64,000 nt of DNA, from positions 434,001 to 498,000 of the forward strand of contig CM074812.1 of the NCBI GenBank assembly GCA_037447605.1. Reading direction: 5' to 3'. The stretch comes from Zygnema circumcarinatum SAG 698-1b. Lineage: Eukaryota; Plantae; Zygnematophyceae. Shown piece by piece: positions 51,308-63,536 of this stretch (its first letter is position 1; each line of letters starts with the position of its first letter). The notes below the pieces were generated by a model. That model worked only from the letters and a program-made list of their open reading frames with translations. It ran no database searches and was not told the DNA's origin. A program made the position numbers and the translations under genes.

Positions 51308-54300
51308 ATGAGTCAGCTTCGAGCTGCTCAAGCTGCGCCTGCATACAGGTCAAGCCCGTTCTATGCTACTAATACGTTCGTAAATGAGCAGCGTGAAAAA
51401 TGGGTCGAATTCGCAGTTGGAGATCCGCAGCTTCAAGCAGAAATGAAGGCCTATTTTGACGACGTGGCTCCTCACTCATCACCATCTGCTGTTTTCTCCT
51501 TCCCTTCCGCAATCGACGAATTGGCAGATTCATCAATGAATTCAATCTTTCTGCTCCCTTCAAGAGAAGAGGAGCCTTCCTTAAGTTCTTTCCCCAAAAT
51601 CGAGGTCGCCTCTTCTTCCACTTTTTCAACCTTTAATAGTAACTTGCGTGATACTCCTAACTCGAATTATGGTACTAATTTGAATTATGATTCAGCGCGG
51701 GTCTCAGGTAGTCAGCTTAGTAGAGGCCTGAACGTAATGGGCCCTCCATTCATGCCTAGAGATGACTGGTTCAACTCAGCAAGAGGGCTCCTAGAAGATG
51801 TTTGGGAAGCCCAAATTCATATAAATTTATCAAATTGCAAACAGGATTCGGAGAAAGATGATGTCTTCTTTTCTAGAAATCTCGAGATTTCAAAGGAAAC
51901 CCAAAAACGGGCCCTTCTTGAATACTCTGAAAACCCAAACTCTCTTACGGACTTGGACACAATTCGGTTACCGACCTTGACCGAGCATGAGATACAAAAG
52001 CTGCTTGAGGAATTTCCTCTTGAAGATTGTCTTCTCCCTGAAGTTCTGGACCCTGTCCTTGTCCCTGACGCCGAGCTCATTAGAACGCCAAAATTGCCTC
52101 CAAGGCAGGAGAGCGCTCCTCCTCCCTGCTCTGTCACCACGTCTCATAAAATTTCGCATACAGAGGAAATTGGGGCAATTGGAAGCAGTCAAGAACTGCA
52201 GCATTCCAAAGCATATGATATGGTTGATCCCGAGCTTCAACCTTCTTCTAGTGCGAACCCAGAGAAGGTTGATTTTTCTGGAATTGACTACGAGAGCAGT
52301 GCCGAGTCAAGTAGCAGCTTCGATGATGATGAGACGATCGATGACGGAGACTTGGAACCGAGTGAAACATTGAAGAGGGAGGAGGGGGGGCAGAAGAACT
52401 CTACTATGGTTTACATGAGAGAGAGAGAACAGCATGCCCCGTTCTCTATGGCAAAGCGTCCTTCGTCAGAAATGGAACTGGCATCGTCTAAGGCTATGGC
52501 TGAATACCATCCTGAAGTGGGCATCAGTGCGAAGTTCTCAAAGGGTGCAAACAGGGACATAATAGAAAGACTTATGGTGGAACAAGGGGGAAGGTCAACC
52601 AAGAGCAGCGATGAGATTGAGAAAGGGTTAACTTCATTCTTGTTGGAGGGTTTACCTGACGTTGATTCCACCAAACGTGACCGGAGTGGATCCACGGAGG
52701 CTTTTACAAAAATTCAAACTGCTCTTCGAAAGAAGAAACAGAAGGACGGTGTTGATCAGAGTGGAATCGGGAGGTTACGAGGAATGACGTCAACTTTGGA
52801 TCCGGGGATGCTGGCCGGTGTGAACGGTCTGCTTTTGGCTGCAGAAAAGGTGAATCCTTTTACTTGATGAATTTTTTGATGATTCAAATATTATTTAATT
52901 TCGAATAGGAATATAAAGACATATGATTGAACCTGTTAAAAATCGTTTTTTCCAACCTTTGACTCATATATATTCTGCCAGGTTCCGGTAGAAAGAATTA
53001 TCATCTAAGGGAGGGGAGGGAGGTAGAGAAGGACTGGTACTCTCAAGACTCAGGAGATGACCTTACAAACTGCTACGACGTCAGCAGGTTGCAGCTGACG
53101 TCAGCACGGCTGCCGGAGTATTGAGCTTACCGGAGCTTGTCAAGAGGGAGATTGCGGATCTGACTGCCAATGAGAAACGTCCGGAAGGGGCAATGGCCGC
53201 CCTAAGCTTGATGAAGGGCGGGAGTTTGAACGGCCTTAACGACTCAACCTGTGACTATTTGATCAGAGTGGAATCGCTAATAGCGGTAATGTCTAAGAAA
53301 TTTATGATTTTGAGCTATTCGAGTGATTGAGATTTAGGATTTTGTGGTCAATATTTAGAGAGGGTTTAGGGTTTTAAGTAAATGTAGGAAGATATGCTCT
53401 AGTTTCCTTGTGTGACTCGGCGAGTATGAATGGTTCAAAGTTGAGAGTCTGAGGTTTTCCCATGTTGGAGGACATGCTTGGATTTTAGCTGCAGCTGAAA
53501 CTGTAACTATAACTGGAACTGGGGTTGAATTTGAAGGAAAAGGCGATGCTTCAACACATCGAGGAAAACGAATGCTTCAAATAGGGGAGGTCAGACTTAG
53601 CTCGGAGCGTACTAAACACCCGAATTTAGTATACTGAAAGTCAAAGTTTTGTGTACGAATTCCGGGTCGGGATTTGCGGCTCCGCTGAACCCAATCGTAT
53701 CGAAATGCGTACCTAGCCAATGCTTAATTCGCCCGACAGGCGTACTAATTTTGATTTGGCCATGGTCAAAGTCTGAACCACCCTAATATACGACTTTTCA
53801 ATTTCTTACTTGTGCTTTTTTCCGTATTGTACCGCAGAGCTTCATAAGCATGATAGACGCAGAAATTGACGCTCCATTTGAACGGCTCAAGCAAGACCTC
53901 AAAGAAACGATCCTCCATTTCGTCCAACTGAACGGGAACATGCAGTCAAGCAGCTGGCTCTCAAAGGTACCATTCTTTAAACACAGTTAATTTTGGAATT
54001 GAGTTTTAGAAAGCCAATATAAAATATTTCAGAATCCGGATCCTTAAAACTATTGAAGAACACTAGAAGATATTGACACCCTGTATCAACTTCATGTTGT
54101 ACAGGTCGACCACCTCCAAGAGTTCCATGCAGCTGCTCGCCGTCAAGCTCTCAAAGCTCTCCGAACCGCCATTCTTGAAACACCTTTTTCCCGTCCCTTA
54201 ACCCTAATTATCCCTCCAAACCCCATAACAACTTCACTACTGCAACACCCTTCTCTTCAAACAATTCCAGACCTTAAAAAGGAGCCCGTAACCTCGCCCC

Positions 54301-55672
54301 TCCCCTCACCAGCCCCTCCCATTCCCTTCAACAAAACGGAAACTAAAACTGCACCCCTACTATATGTAACGAGCCGTCAAGCCGACTTAACCATCCAGGG
54401 TTCAGCGCTTGCTCCCTCACAATTGGCAGACTCCAGAGAGGAAAAACCCTCAACCCTGGGTTCTGAAAACGCCTTAGCACTAACCTTAATTCCAGAGGAG
54501 AGAGAGCAGCCGAGCGAGCCGGGCTCGTCACGAGGAGCGTCGATCAATAGAAATCAACGGTCGCCCGTGAACCCCAACTTGAGGGTTTACGCGCATGCAG
54601 CGCCATGCGCGGAGCCGCCGGCGAACAGCGGCAGAATTTTGTCCGTGCGCAAGCTGAAGGGCCTCTCCGGAGCGCGGGGGGACCTCCCGCAGGCCGCGGC
54701 CAATCGGATGAAGGAATGGCTCCTCAACCACTGGGACAGACCGTACGTTCCGTGTTCTATGTTGAACTGAACGGGAAATGTTAAACGACAATTTGTAAAC
54801 GGGAAGTTGAACGGGAAATGTTGAGCGGGAAATGTTAAACGGGAAAGGTTAAACGGGAAACGTTGAACGGGAAATGTTGAACGGAAAATGTTGAACGGGA
54901 AATGTTGCATGGAGGCACATAGACTTTAAAATTGGATTAGGTTTGTCTAAGAATAATAAATCTAATAAGTCTAATTCTTAGAGGAGGTTGTCTTTACAAA
55001 GGTATATGCCTTTATCGAGCGTGACTTTAGCAATCCTTGCATGTGATATCGACGATGCCCAAGACTGTCATTTTTATCCTTTTATTTATTTTATTTTATT
55101 TGGTGTCTATCTGTGTTGCAGGTATCCGGGCAGGGAAGAAAAAAAGCAGCTCGCAAACAGCTGCTCGATCACCGTCAAACAGGTCAAACAGAGCTCACTT
55201 TTTTAATTCTGCCCTTATTTTTTTTTTTTTCTGTGTGCGTGCCAGTGTTGAATTGGGTTTTTTCACGAAATCTTATCAAAAAAAAGAAGGGTTGGGGCTT
55301 TATTTCTAAGCAGGTGGACGACTGGATGGTGAATGCGCGAGCGCGTTTTTGGAAGCCCTTGGTAAAACGCGAAACCCTAAAATCTCAAAATTTTGCAACC
55401 CTAAAAACGAAACCCTAAAATTTCTTACTTCGTGAAGCGCAGACTCTCCTGCTTACCATCCCAAACCTTGGTCCTGATTTCCTAGGAATCATATTTGAAT
55501 TTAAGATTTAACATATTCAAAATATTCAAAATGTTGGACGTTTTTAAGGAGAAAAGTGCTCAAACTGTCACCCTTTTTCTGAGGAGGTTGGTTTGGGCAG
55601 ACGCTGGAAATGGCGAAAGAGCTGCAACAGGAAAATGCAGCTCGAAAAGAGGAAGCTTCTCGAAAGTGGTGA
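51308..55672 (+). CDS. TALE-class homeodomain transcription factor, BELL-like; exons 51308-52849, 53088-53285, 53838-53966, 54105-54742, 55122-55182, 55314-55361, 55601-55672
   Basis: Spliced homeodomain RGDLPQAAANRMKEWLLNHWDRP|YPGREEKKQLANSCSITVKQ|VDDWMVNARARFWKPL|TLEMAKE has the PYP TALE loop and a BELL-type WKP..EM tail. Upstream helical exons occupy the position of a POX/PBC-like domain. Confidence 0.88.
53584..53783. mobile_element. MITE family A, copy 3 (in a homeobox gene intron)
   Basis: TIRs GGGGAGGTCAGACTT...AAGTCTGAACCACCC flanked by TA; body homologous to the other copies. Confidence 0.85.
54762..54907. repeat. About 14-bp minisatellite (TTGAACGGGAAATG)n just inside the intron that splits the homeobox
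   Basis: Directly visible. Confidence 0.88.
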
Positions 55673-55752
55673 GCGCGTGCCACTACTATTAACTGTTCTC
55701 TCTCTCTCTCTCCACTCCACTCTCTCTCTCGCTCCATCACTCCATCTCCATA

Positions 55753-55794
<42 letters not shown>

Positions 55795-56457
55795 GGTCCA
55801 TCTCTCTCTTTCTCTCGCTCCATCACTCTCTCTCTCTCTCGTTCTCTTTCCCACTCTCTCTCTCTCTCTCCCGCTCTGGAACCGCATAACCTTAGAATAA
55901 AGGTTCAATACTGGAAAAACATATTTATATATACTCGTTTTCCAGATTTCCTCAAGACGGAAAATTGACTGTCCGTTTTTTAGGGTTCATTACTTGCACA
56001 TACAGCTGATGCGTTTTTTCGGCGATCTGCTCATTTCACACGTGCAGATGTCATTCTTCGACTGCCATGTTTTAGGGTTTAGAGGGGCTCAGGGCTTACG
56101 GTTTGTGGTTCGAAGGCTGGGGCTAAAATTTAGGGCTTGGGATTTCAGATTCAAAGGTTTATGAGGGTTGAGGGTTTAAGAGTTAGGTTCAGAAGCTGGA
56201 ATTTAGGGTTTAGGGTTTAGGGTTTAGGAAGCCGAATAAAACGGCAATTAACCACAAGCTAGTCAATTAGTCATTATTCATTAGTCAAAAACAATTACAA
56301 ATCGATTTTAAGTAACTGTAATTAAACAAGCGTACGGTTAACCACAACACTGACCACATCATGTTTATATTTGGTTAACCATTTCATGCCTCATGGTTAA
56401 CCAACCACTTCTTGAGACAAACAAAGATTAGGGTTTAAAAGTTTCCGGGGCTTCTTT

Positions 56458-56995
56458 TTATTTCCGCGGAGGCGACAAGATGGGACTTGAGTCGCCGGCG
56501 GTCGCCCAGTGAGGGTTGTTGTTGGGGTTCAGGGCGCGATCCGACGGCGGAGAGAGGCCGAACGAGTCTTGGCGGACGATCGGACGGTCGGGACGCGCCG
56601 GCAGCGGACCGGCGGCATCGAACGGCTCGGCGGATTGCGAGCCGCCGGCTGCATGCCTCTGCATGCGGGAGGGCGGGGCGAGGCGCTCCGACGTTATGCC
56701 TGAAAGAAAGGAAAAAATAAAGAGAGATTGTGGTGATTGAGAGGAGAAAGAGAGAGAGAGAGATGATTACTAGGGGAGGCAGAGAGAGGAAGTGAAAGGA
56801 CGACCTCCCTCCTTTCGCCTTTCCCCCCCTCTCTCTAGGAAGAGAGTGCGTGGCTATGAAAGAGGTCGAAAAAAGGAGAGCAGCATGAGAGAATCTCTCT
56901 CTTTCTCTCTCTCTCCCTCCCCTCCTCCCCTCGCTCCCTCTCTCTCCATGAGGGGATGCATGTGCGCGCCCATGTCCTTGAGAAACAGAAAATTT

Positions 56996-57080
<85 letters not shown>

Positions 57081-58570
57081 AAGAGATAAAAATCCCCAAG
57101 GAATCGGAAACCTCCCATTCCTCCACAGCCCCCAAGATTCTCTCATGTAGAGTCTCTAAAAACTTAGGGTTTCCAAGGCCTTTAGGGTTCAGAACCCCGC
57201 GTACTTGGCGAGCGGCTGGGCGTGGGCGGCCACTGCACGCCAGGTGGCGGCCAGTGAGTGGCCGCCCTCCCACCCCCTGCCCTGGAGGCCGCCACGAGGT
57301 CCCCGTCCCGCGCCGCGAGGTCCCTCTCCTTGTCGTGGCGCCGCCGCACCTGAAGGACCGCCCACGGTACGAGCACAGCGCAGAGGCAGCACGCGTACAC
57401 CGCAATGTATATCTGCACAGGGGCGGGGTCGGGGTGCAGGGTTCAGGGGTTACTTTTAGGGTTCAGGGTTCAGGGGCCACTTCTACTTTTAGGGTTCAGG
57501 GTTCAGGGGCCACTTCTACTTTTAGGGTTCAGGGTTCAGGGGCTACTTTTAGGGTGCAGGGCCACTCTCACAGGGGTTCAGGGGCCACTTCTACTTTTAG
57601 GGTTCAGGGTTCAGGGGCCACTTCTACTTTTAGGGTTCAGGGTTCAGGGGCCACTTCTACTTTTAGGGTTCAGGGTTCAGGGGCCACTTCTACTTTTAGG
57701 GTTCAGGGTTCAGGGGCCACTTCTACTTTTAGGGTTCAGGGTTCAGGGGCTACATCAGGGTTCAGGGGCCACTTCTACTTTTAGGGTTCAGGGTTCAGGG
57801 GCCACTTCTACTTTTAGGGTTCAGGGTTCAGGGGCCACTTCTGCTTTTAGGGTTCAGGGTTCAGGGGCTACTTTTAGGGTGCAGGGTTCAGGGGCTACTT
57901 TTAGGGTTCAGGGTTTAGGGTTCAGGGGTAACTTTGTACGCTTTGGTAAATTTAGGGTTTTGGAATCTTAGGGCTTTGCACAACCCTAAAAACCCTAAAA
58001 ACGAGGAAGGTGGGAGAAGGTTCTAGACTTGTAGGGTTCTCAGGATGGTTTTGTGCCTCTTTTTGGAAGGGAGGAGGGGGAGGGAATAGCAGGGTATTTT
58101 TGGGCAGATATGGAGGATCATAGAACGGCATGAAACTGAAAAGAAACGGAAACCAAACTGATGATGCATGTAGAACTCACCCAATCTCGTATTCCCGTGA
58201 GACCTTTGTACTTCGATAAACCCAAATATGCCTCCACCGCTCCTCCCAATACGAGCACCACCCCTAAAACCTTATGAAAAATTCTCCAAGACGAGTTAGA
58301 GCTGTTCAATTGGTGAGGTTTGCAAACGATTCCGTTCACAAACTCCATCCCCAAAAGTGCTAAAAGAGAAACTCCGAGTATTCCGTGCGCAGATTTCATT
58401 CGGTCGTCCATATTTCCCAAGAATTTGGTGAAAGCAATAATGGCTCCCACGGCAGCTGCAATTATAGCGACGAGAGATGTGAAGAAGTGGAGCCATCGGT
58501 AGGAGCGCTGCTTCAAGGTGGGCTTGATGGCGGAGAGTCTGCAAACAGGGAGGGGCTAGGGTTATGGGGG

Positions 58571-58604
<34 letters not shown>

Positions 58605-60985
58605 AAGAGAGAGAGGAAAAGGAGGAGGGAGAGGGAGGGAGGGGGACAAGGGGGGAGGGGCGGATGGGGGAAGAGGTGGAAGAAGGGTGGGAGGGGAAGA
58701 GGCAAGGGAAGGGGGGCTGGGGGAATGGGAGGGAGAGAGTATGATAGTGAAGGAGGGAGAGAGAAAAAGAGGAGGGGTGGAAGGGAGGGGACAGGGAGGG
58801 GAATGGAAGGGGAGAAGGGGACGGGGAGAGGGTGGGACAGGTTGAGAGAGAGGGCGAGAGGGAATGGAAGATGGGCGAGGGGGTCAGGGGTGGGAGGGAG
58901 AAATGAACAGAAAAGGGGGGTTTTGGGGAGAGGGAAGGGAGGGAGGGAGGGGGGGTGAGGGTTCGGAGGGAGGAAAACGGACAGAGTAGGGAGAGGGAGA
59001 AAGGGAGAGGAAAGGGAGTGAGAGAGGGAAAGAGGAGCGGGATGAAGGGAGTGAGGAAGGGGTTGATGAGGAGAGGAAGGTGAGAGGGGCTAAGGGAAGG
59101 GATGGGAACGAAGAGGGGACGTGGGGAAGGGGAGGAAGGGAGCTATTCGGAGGGGGGGGGGGGCAATTTGGGAGGGAGAGGAAGGAGGGAGGAGAGGTGG
59201 TGATTGAGGTGGCAAAATGGACTAGGGACCGAAGAGGAGAGAGAGACAAGCGGTTGGTGGACATTAAAATTATGACGAGAGGAAGAGGAAGGGAGAGGAA
59301 GAGAGGGAGGGAAAGGAAACGGAAAGAAGAACGAGAGAGGAAATAGTGAGAGGGGGGGAGAGAGTGGTGATAGTGCGTGTGCTGACCTCCCCATGATGCC
59401 GGCTGAAGGGAGAAGGAGGGCGAAAATTGCAGCCATTAGGGAGCCGTGGATGAGGTACCAAACGTTCGGATCACCCACCAAAACTTTTCCGCTGCCCGTC
59501 ACAAAATTTAGGGCAACTGCCCCTCTGCAGGGGATCAAGTAAAAATAAAAATAAAAAGAATTTTTGAATTCCTGAATTCAAACTCGTTAGGTACACGTAT
59601 AGTTAGCACGAAAATTCATAACAAACTCTCTCTCACACACTCTCTCGTCCTCCCTCTCTCTCTCTTTATCCATCTATCTGTCCCTGCACTGCTCCTCCAC
59701 CTCTATATTTATCCACCCATATCTCGTCGACTTTCTCCCCCCTCCCCCTCTCCTTTTCTCCCGTCCCTCACCTCTCTGACTTCCTCCTTCTCACTCTCAC
59801 CCTCTCCTTAGCTCTCTCTCCCGTTCTACCTTATCTTTCTAATTTTCCGCTCTCCCTTTACCCACTTTCCCTCCCTCTCCCCGCTTCTCCCCCCACTCAC
59901 CCCCTCCTATCCCCACTCCACGCTGACTCCCTCCTTCTCCCTCTCCCACTACCCCGCGCTCTCTCCTCCGCTCGTCATTCTCTCTCTCTCTCTCTCTCTC
60001 CCCTCTCTCTCCCTTTCCCCACCTCTCCCCCCTTCCCTCTCCCCCTTCCTCCCCTCCTCCTCCCCCTCTCTATTGCGGTTTACATTCCGGGGAGTCATCT
60101 TCAAACCTGTTGTGAATGTGGTGATTGGAGAGAGCCGGCGAGTTGTCGTCAGAGAATGCCCAAATTATCGGAACTGCTTTTGTTGAGTCCAGTTTGATGT
60201 CGAAATTTCCAGCAGTTAGATTTCGTGTAAAGCTGCATGGAAAAGAAGGCAAAGTTTAAAATTAATGAAAATCACGTCAAATTCAAATTCTAACTAAACT
60301 AGAAACCGCAGACCTTCAGTAACAACTAACAAGGTCTTTCACTTTTTCATGGAATTCAGGAAAAAAGAAATATTTCAGATTCATATTCCCAAAACCAAAA
60401 TTGAGTCAACAGTCAAAAAAAATCGTTTTAATTCCTCATCATACCTCATGATGGTTGTGTCATTAGCGCGTACTATATTCACGTTGGAAAGGACCAAGGT
60501 GGATAGGGGCACCACCCCCTCCTTCGAATTTTCTGTGATCGTATATGTTCCCACGGTTCCGTTCAAAGACGAATTTTTTTCATTCGGAAATCCAATGACA
60601 ACATCAGAATTTTTGGCTTCGCCCGATTTTGAAAATCCCACGGAAACCCATCCTCGGGTTTTTGCTTGAACGGCGATATCGATTTTGTGGGAGTGGAGGG
60701 TCCAATGGAGGAGGTAGCTGCATAAAAGAGAGAGAGAGGGGAGGGGGTTGGGGGAGAGAGGGGGAGAGGAGGAAGGGAGGGAGAGAAAGAGAAGAAAGAG
60801 GGGAAACGGAGAGAGGGGAAAGAGAGGAAGACGAGAGAGTGGTAGAGAGAGAGGGGAGGGAGGAGAGAGGGCGTGAACGAAATGGGAGAGAGAGAGGGAG
60901 TGAGAGAGAGGACAAGACGACAAAGATAAGAGATGGAGAGAGGACGGGAGAGATTGGCTGAGCGAGAAAGAGAGAGAGAGAGAGG

Positions 60986-61047
<62 letters not shown>

Positions 61048-62180
61048 GAGAGAGAGAGTTTTCTTACTCCTTGCCCTTCACTTCGTACTGGCACTGGAAA
61101 TTGGGCAGAGTCGAGTTTTGGCAGTGCGATCCGCCAAGAGTGGGGGCCCCCAAAGCAATGTTCAAGTCTCCGATTTTTCCCGCGTTCCGTTTACCGTGAA
61201 ACTTCAGCTCGTCCGGTCTGCAAACGAAAAAATAATTTCTTAATTTCTCTTTTAAACATTTTTTTTTTCAAAACTTATGTGTTCCCATGAGCAAACATAT
61301 CCAGAAGAAACCCAGTGAGAATTCCTCTTACAAACTGCCAGCCCTGAAAAATCTCCTTAAGCCACAAAAACCCTAACAAAACTCTAATCCTAAAGAGTGT
61401 TTTCTGAAGCAATCGGAGAGGGCACCTATAGAAGGTCTCCACCTCCTGCTTGAGGAAGAGGGTGACGGAGGACGTGAGGTCAGCATTTTCCAGGCTGCCC
61501 GGAGCCTGCCCCTTCGCCCACACGAGCGTGAAGTCGCCCTCCGTCGATAGCGCGTAGTCCCACTCTGCATGCGCGGCAAGTGAGTCAGCTCACTCTTTCC
61601 CTCTCTTTCTCTCTCTCTCTCTCTCTCTCCCTCTGTCTCTCTCTTCCCCCTCTCTCCCCCCCCTCTATCACTCCCCCTCCCCCTCCCTCCCACTCTCACT
61701 CCCCTTCTCCCCCTCCCCCCCCCTTCCCACTCTCTCCCTCCCCCTCCCCCTCCTCCCCGGCCCCCTCCTCCTCCCCTTCCCACTTTCTCNNNNNNNNNNC
61801 CCCCTCTCTCCCACTCTCCCTCTTTCCCCCCCCTCCCCCCTCCCTCTCCTTCTCTCTCTCTCTCTCTCCCCTCCTCTCCTTCAGCCCTCTCCCTGGGATG
61901 TACGAGCCCGCTACCTCCGTCTTTGGGGGTGAAGGGTCGCCGGAAGATGATGTAGGTCTCGCCGTCCGCGGTCTCATGCCCCGCCGCGTCGATGATGTCG
62001 TCGGTGCCGCCCAACATCACATCAGGGACCGGCGTCGCATGCACCCCCGGGAGGCTCCATGCATCCTGTTCAGTTTTCAGTTACGCTTAGTCACATATTG
62101 TAAGTAGTTCACAAAGTCTGTCTCACATTCTATTGAAGGTTTGAAGAATGTTAGTCAAACACCTCTCCCTCCTGGTCTCT

Positions 62181-62239
<59 letters not shown>

Positions 62240-63536
62240 CTGCACTCGATAGTAGCTTCCCCTCGCATAGCCGATCGTCATATCCTGAGCGAACATGGGC
62301 GACATTGGACCGTTTTTGGCAGTTGGGAGAATGTTGGGCATTTGTTCGACATCTGACTCCGGAAAATTTGAACTTTCAGTTGCGGAAGTTTTAGGGTTTT
62401 TCTGAAGAGGGAGAGAATCCGGCGACGGAGCTTCACCCTCGGAAGGTATAGTTGAGAGGGGCGGAGAGAGAGGGGGGGCTCTAGGGAGAGGGGAGGTTGG
62501 GGAGTGACGGAGGGGTGGGGAGAGAGACGGAGGGGGGGAGAGAGGGCGGGATGTAGAGAGAGAGTTGGGTGGAGAGAGGGAGGGAGGGGCGGAGAGTGGG
62601 TCAAGTGTGGAGGGAGAGGTGGGTGGAGAGAGGGAGGGAGGTTGAGTGGGAGGAGACTTTGGTTGTGGAGGGAGAGAGGAATCAGTGAGAGAGGAAGGAG
62701 ATGGTGGGGCTTCAACGGCTTGAAGACGATGTCGGAAACGGAACGGTGGAACGGAGAGTTCACCTAAACACATAGAACAAGAAGGAAAAAAATTCCATAG
62801 GCTTTTCCGTATTTGTAGGATTTCTAGGTTTTTCTAGTCTTTATAAACTTTTTCTATAGAATTTTTAATGCTAGTCCAACTCCGACAGTTTTCCCCCTGC
62901 GAATCTTAAAAGAACAGGGAAAAAAAATCATAAAAAAAGGCAAAGCTTCTCACCAGGCCTTGAATTACCGTGCGGAAAAAAATTAACATTTTTGCCCTCA
63001 ATTTCACCCAATTCTCTCCCTTGAGCCACGCCCCTTGACGTCATCGCAGGGCTTTCCGGCTCATTTTCCGTTACTGACGGTGACAGAGGTGGAGGTTGTA
63101 CGGAACCCCCCCTAGGAGGAGGCGCCATTTCTGAGACTGGCCCCTTAGAACTCAAAGTAGGAGCAGGAGAAAAAATTCTATTAATTAAGGGAGGTGGGTA
63201 TTCAAAGGAACCACTAGGAGCCTTAGGAGGAGGGTAACCTCTTTGGGTTGGAAGACGTTGGCTTGGATTTGATGTAGAGGGAGGGGAGAGGGAGGGAGGA
63301 GAGAGGGAGGGATGAGAGAGAGAGGAGCGAGGGAGAGTGGGAGGGGAGCGGGAGGGAGGAGGGTGAGAGGGTGGAGGAGGGAAGGTGGGAGGAACAGAGG
63401 GTAGTTTTGGAGCTGTTGTATTGAGAGGAGTGGCAGAGGAAGGGTCTGAATCAGAGAGGGGTATGTACGGAAGCTCCGCAGGTCGCCAACCGACTGCCAC
63501 GTAGCTCGTGGTTTTCGCTGCGATGGCGACTTCGAT
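56458..63536 (-). CDS. DOMON-DOMON-cytochrome b561 membrane protein (5' end outside window). Approximate exons: 63536-62969, 62763-62240, 62065-61915, 61564-61426, 61217-61048, 60717-60445, 60232-60107, 59524-59387, 58538-58181, 57412-57205, 56699-56458
   Basis: DOMON1 (YVAVGWRP...PMFAQDMTIGYARG...IIFRRP...LVWAKG...KFHG) and DOMON2 (LLHWTL..IDIAVQAKTRGWVSVGFS..SDVVIG...FTRNL..IIWAF..NHH). The b561 domain has all four His residues (IHGSLM, WLHFF, AHGILG, IFHKVLG). Splice phases are consistent. Confidence 0.88.
57432..57930. repeat. 33-bp minisatellite built on telomere-like units (TTTTAGGGTTCAGGGTTCAGGGGCCACTTCTAC)n
   Basis: Directly visible; translates as STFRVQGSGAT repeats in the ORF track. 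Confidence 0.92.

Noticed and set aside
56792-57971. 330-aa and 188-aa plus-strand ORFs
   Set aside because: They are antisense to the b561 gene and read through a GA tract and the 33-bp minisatellite.
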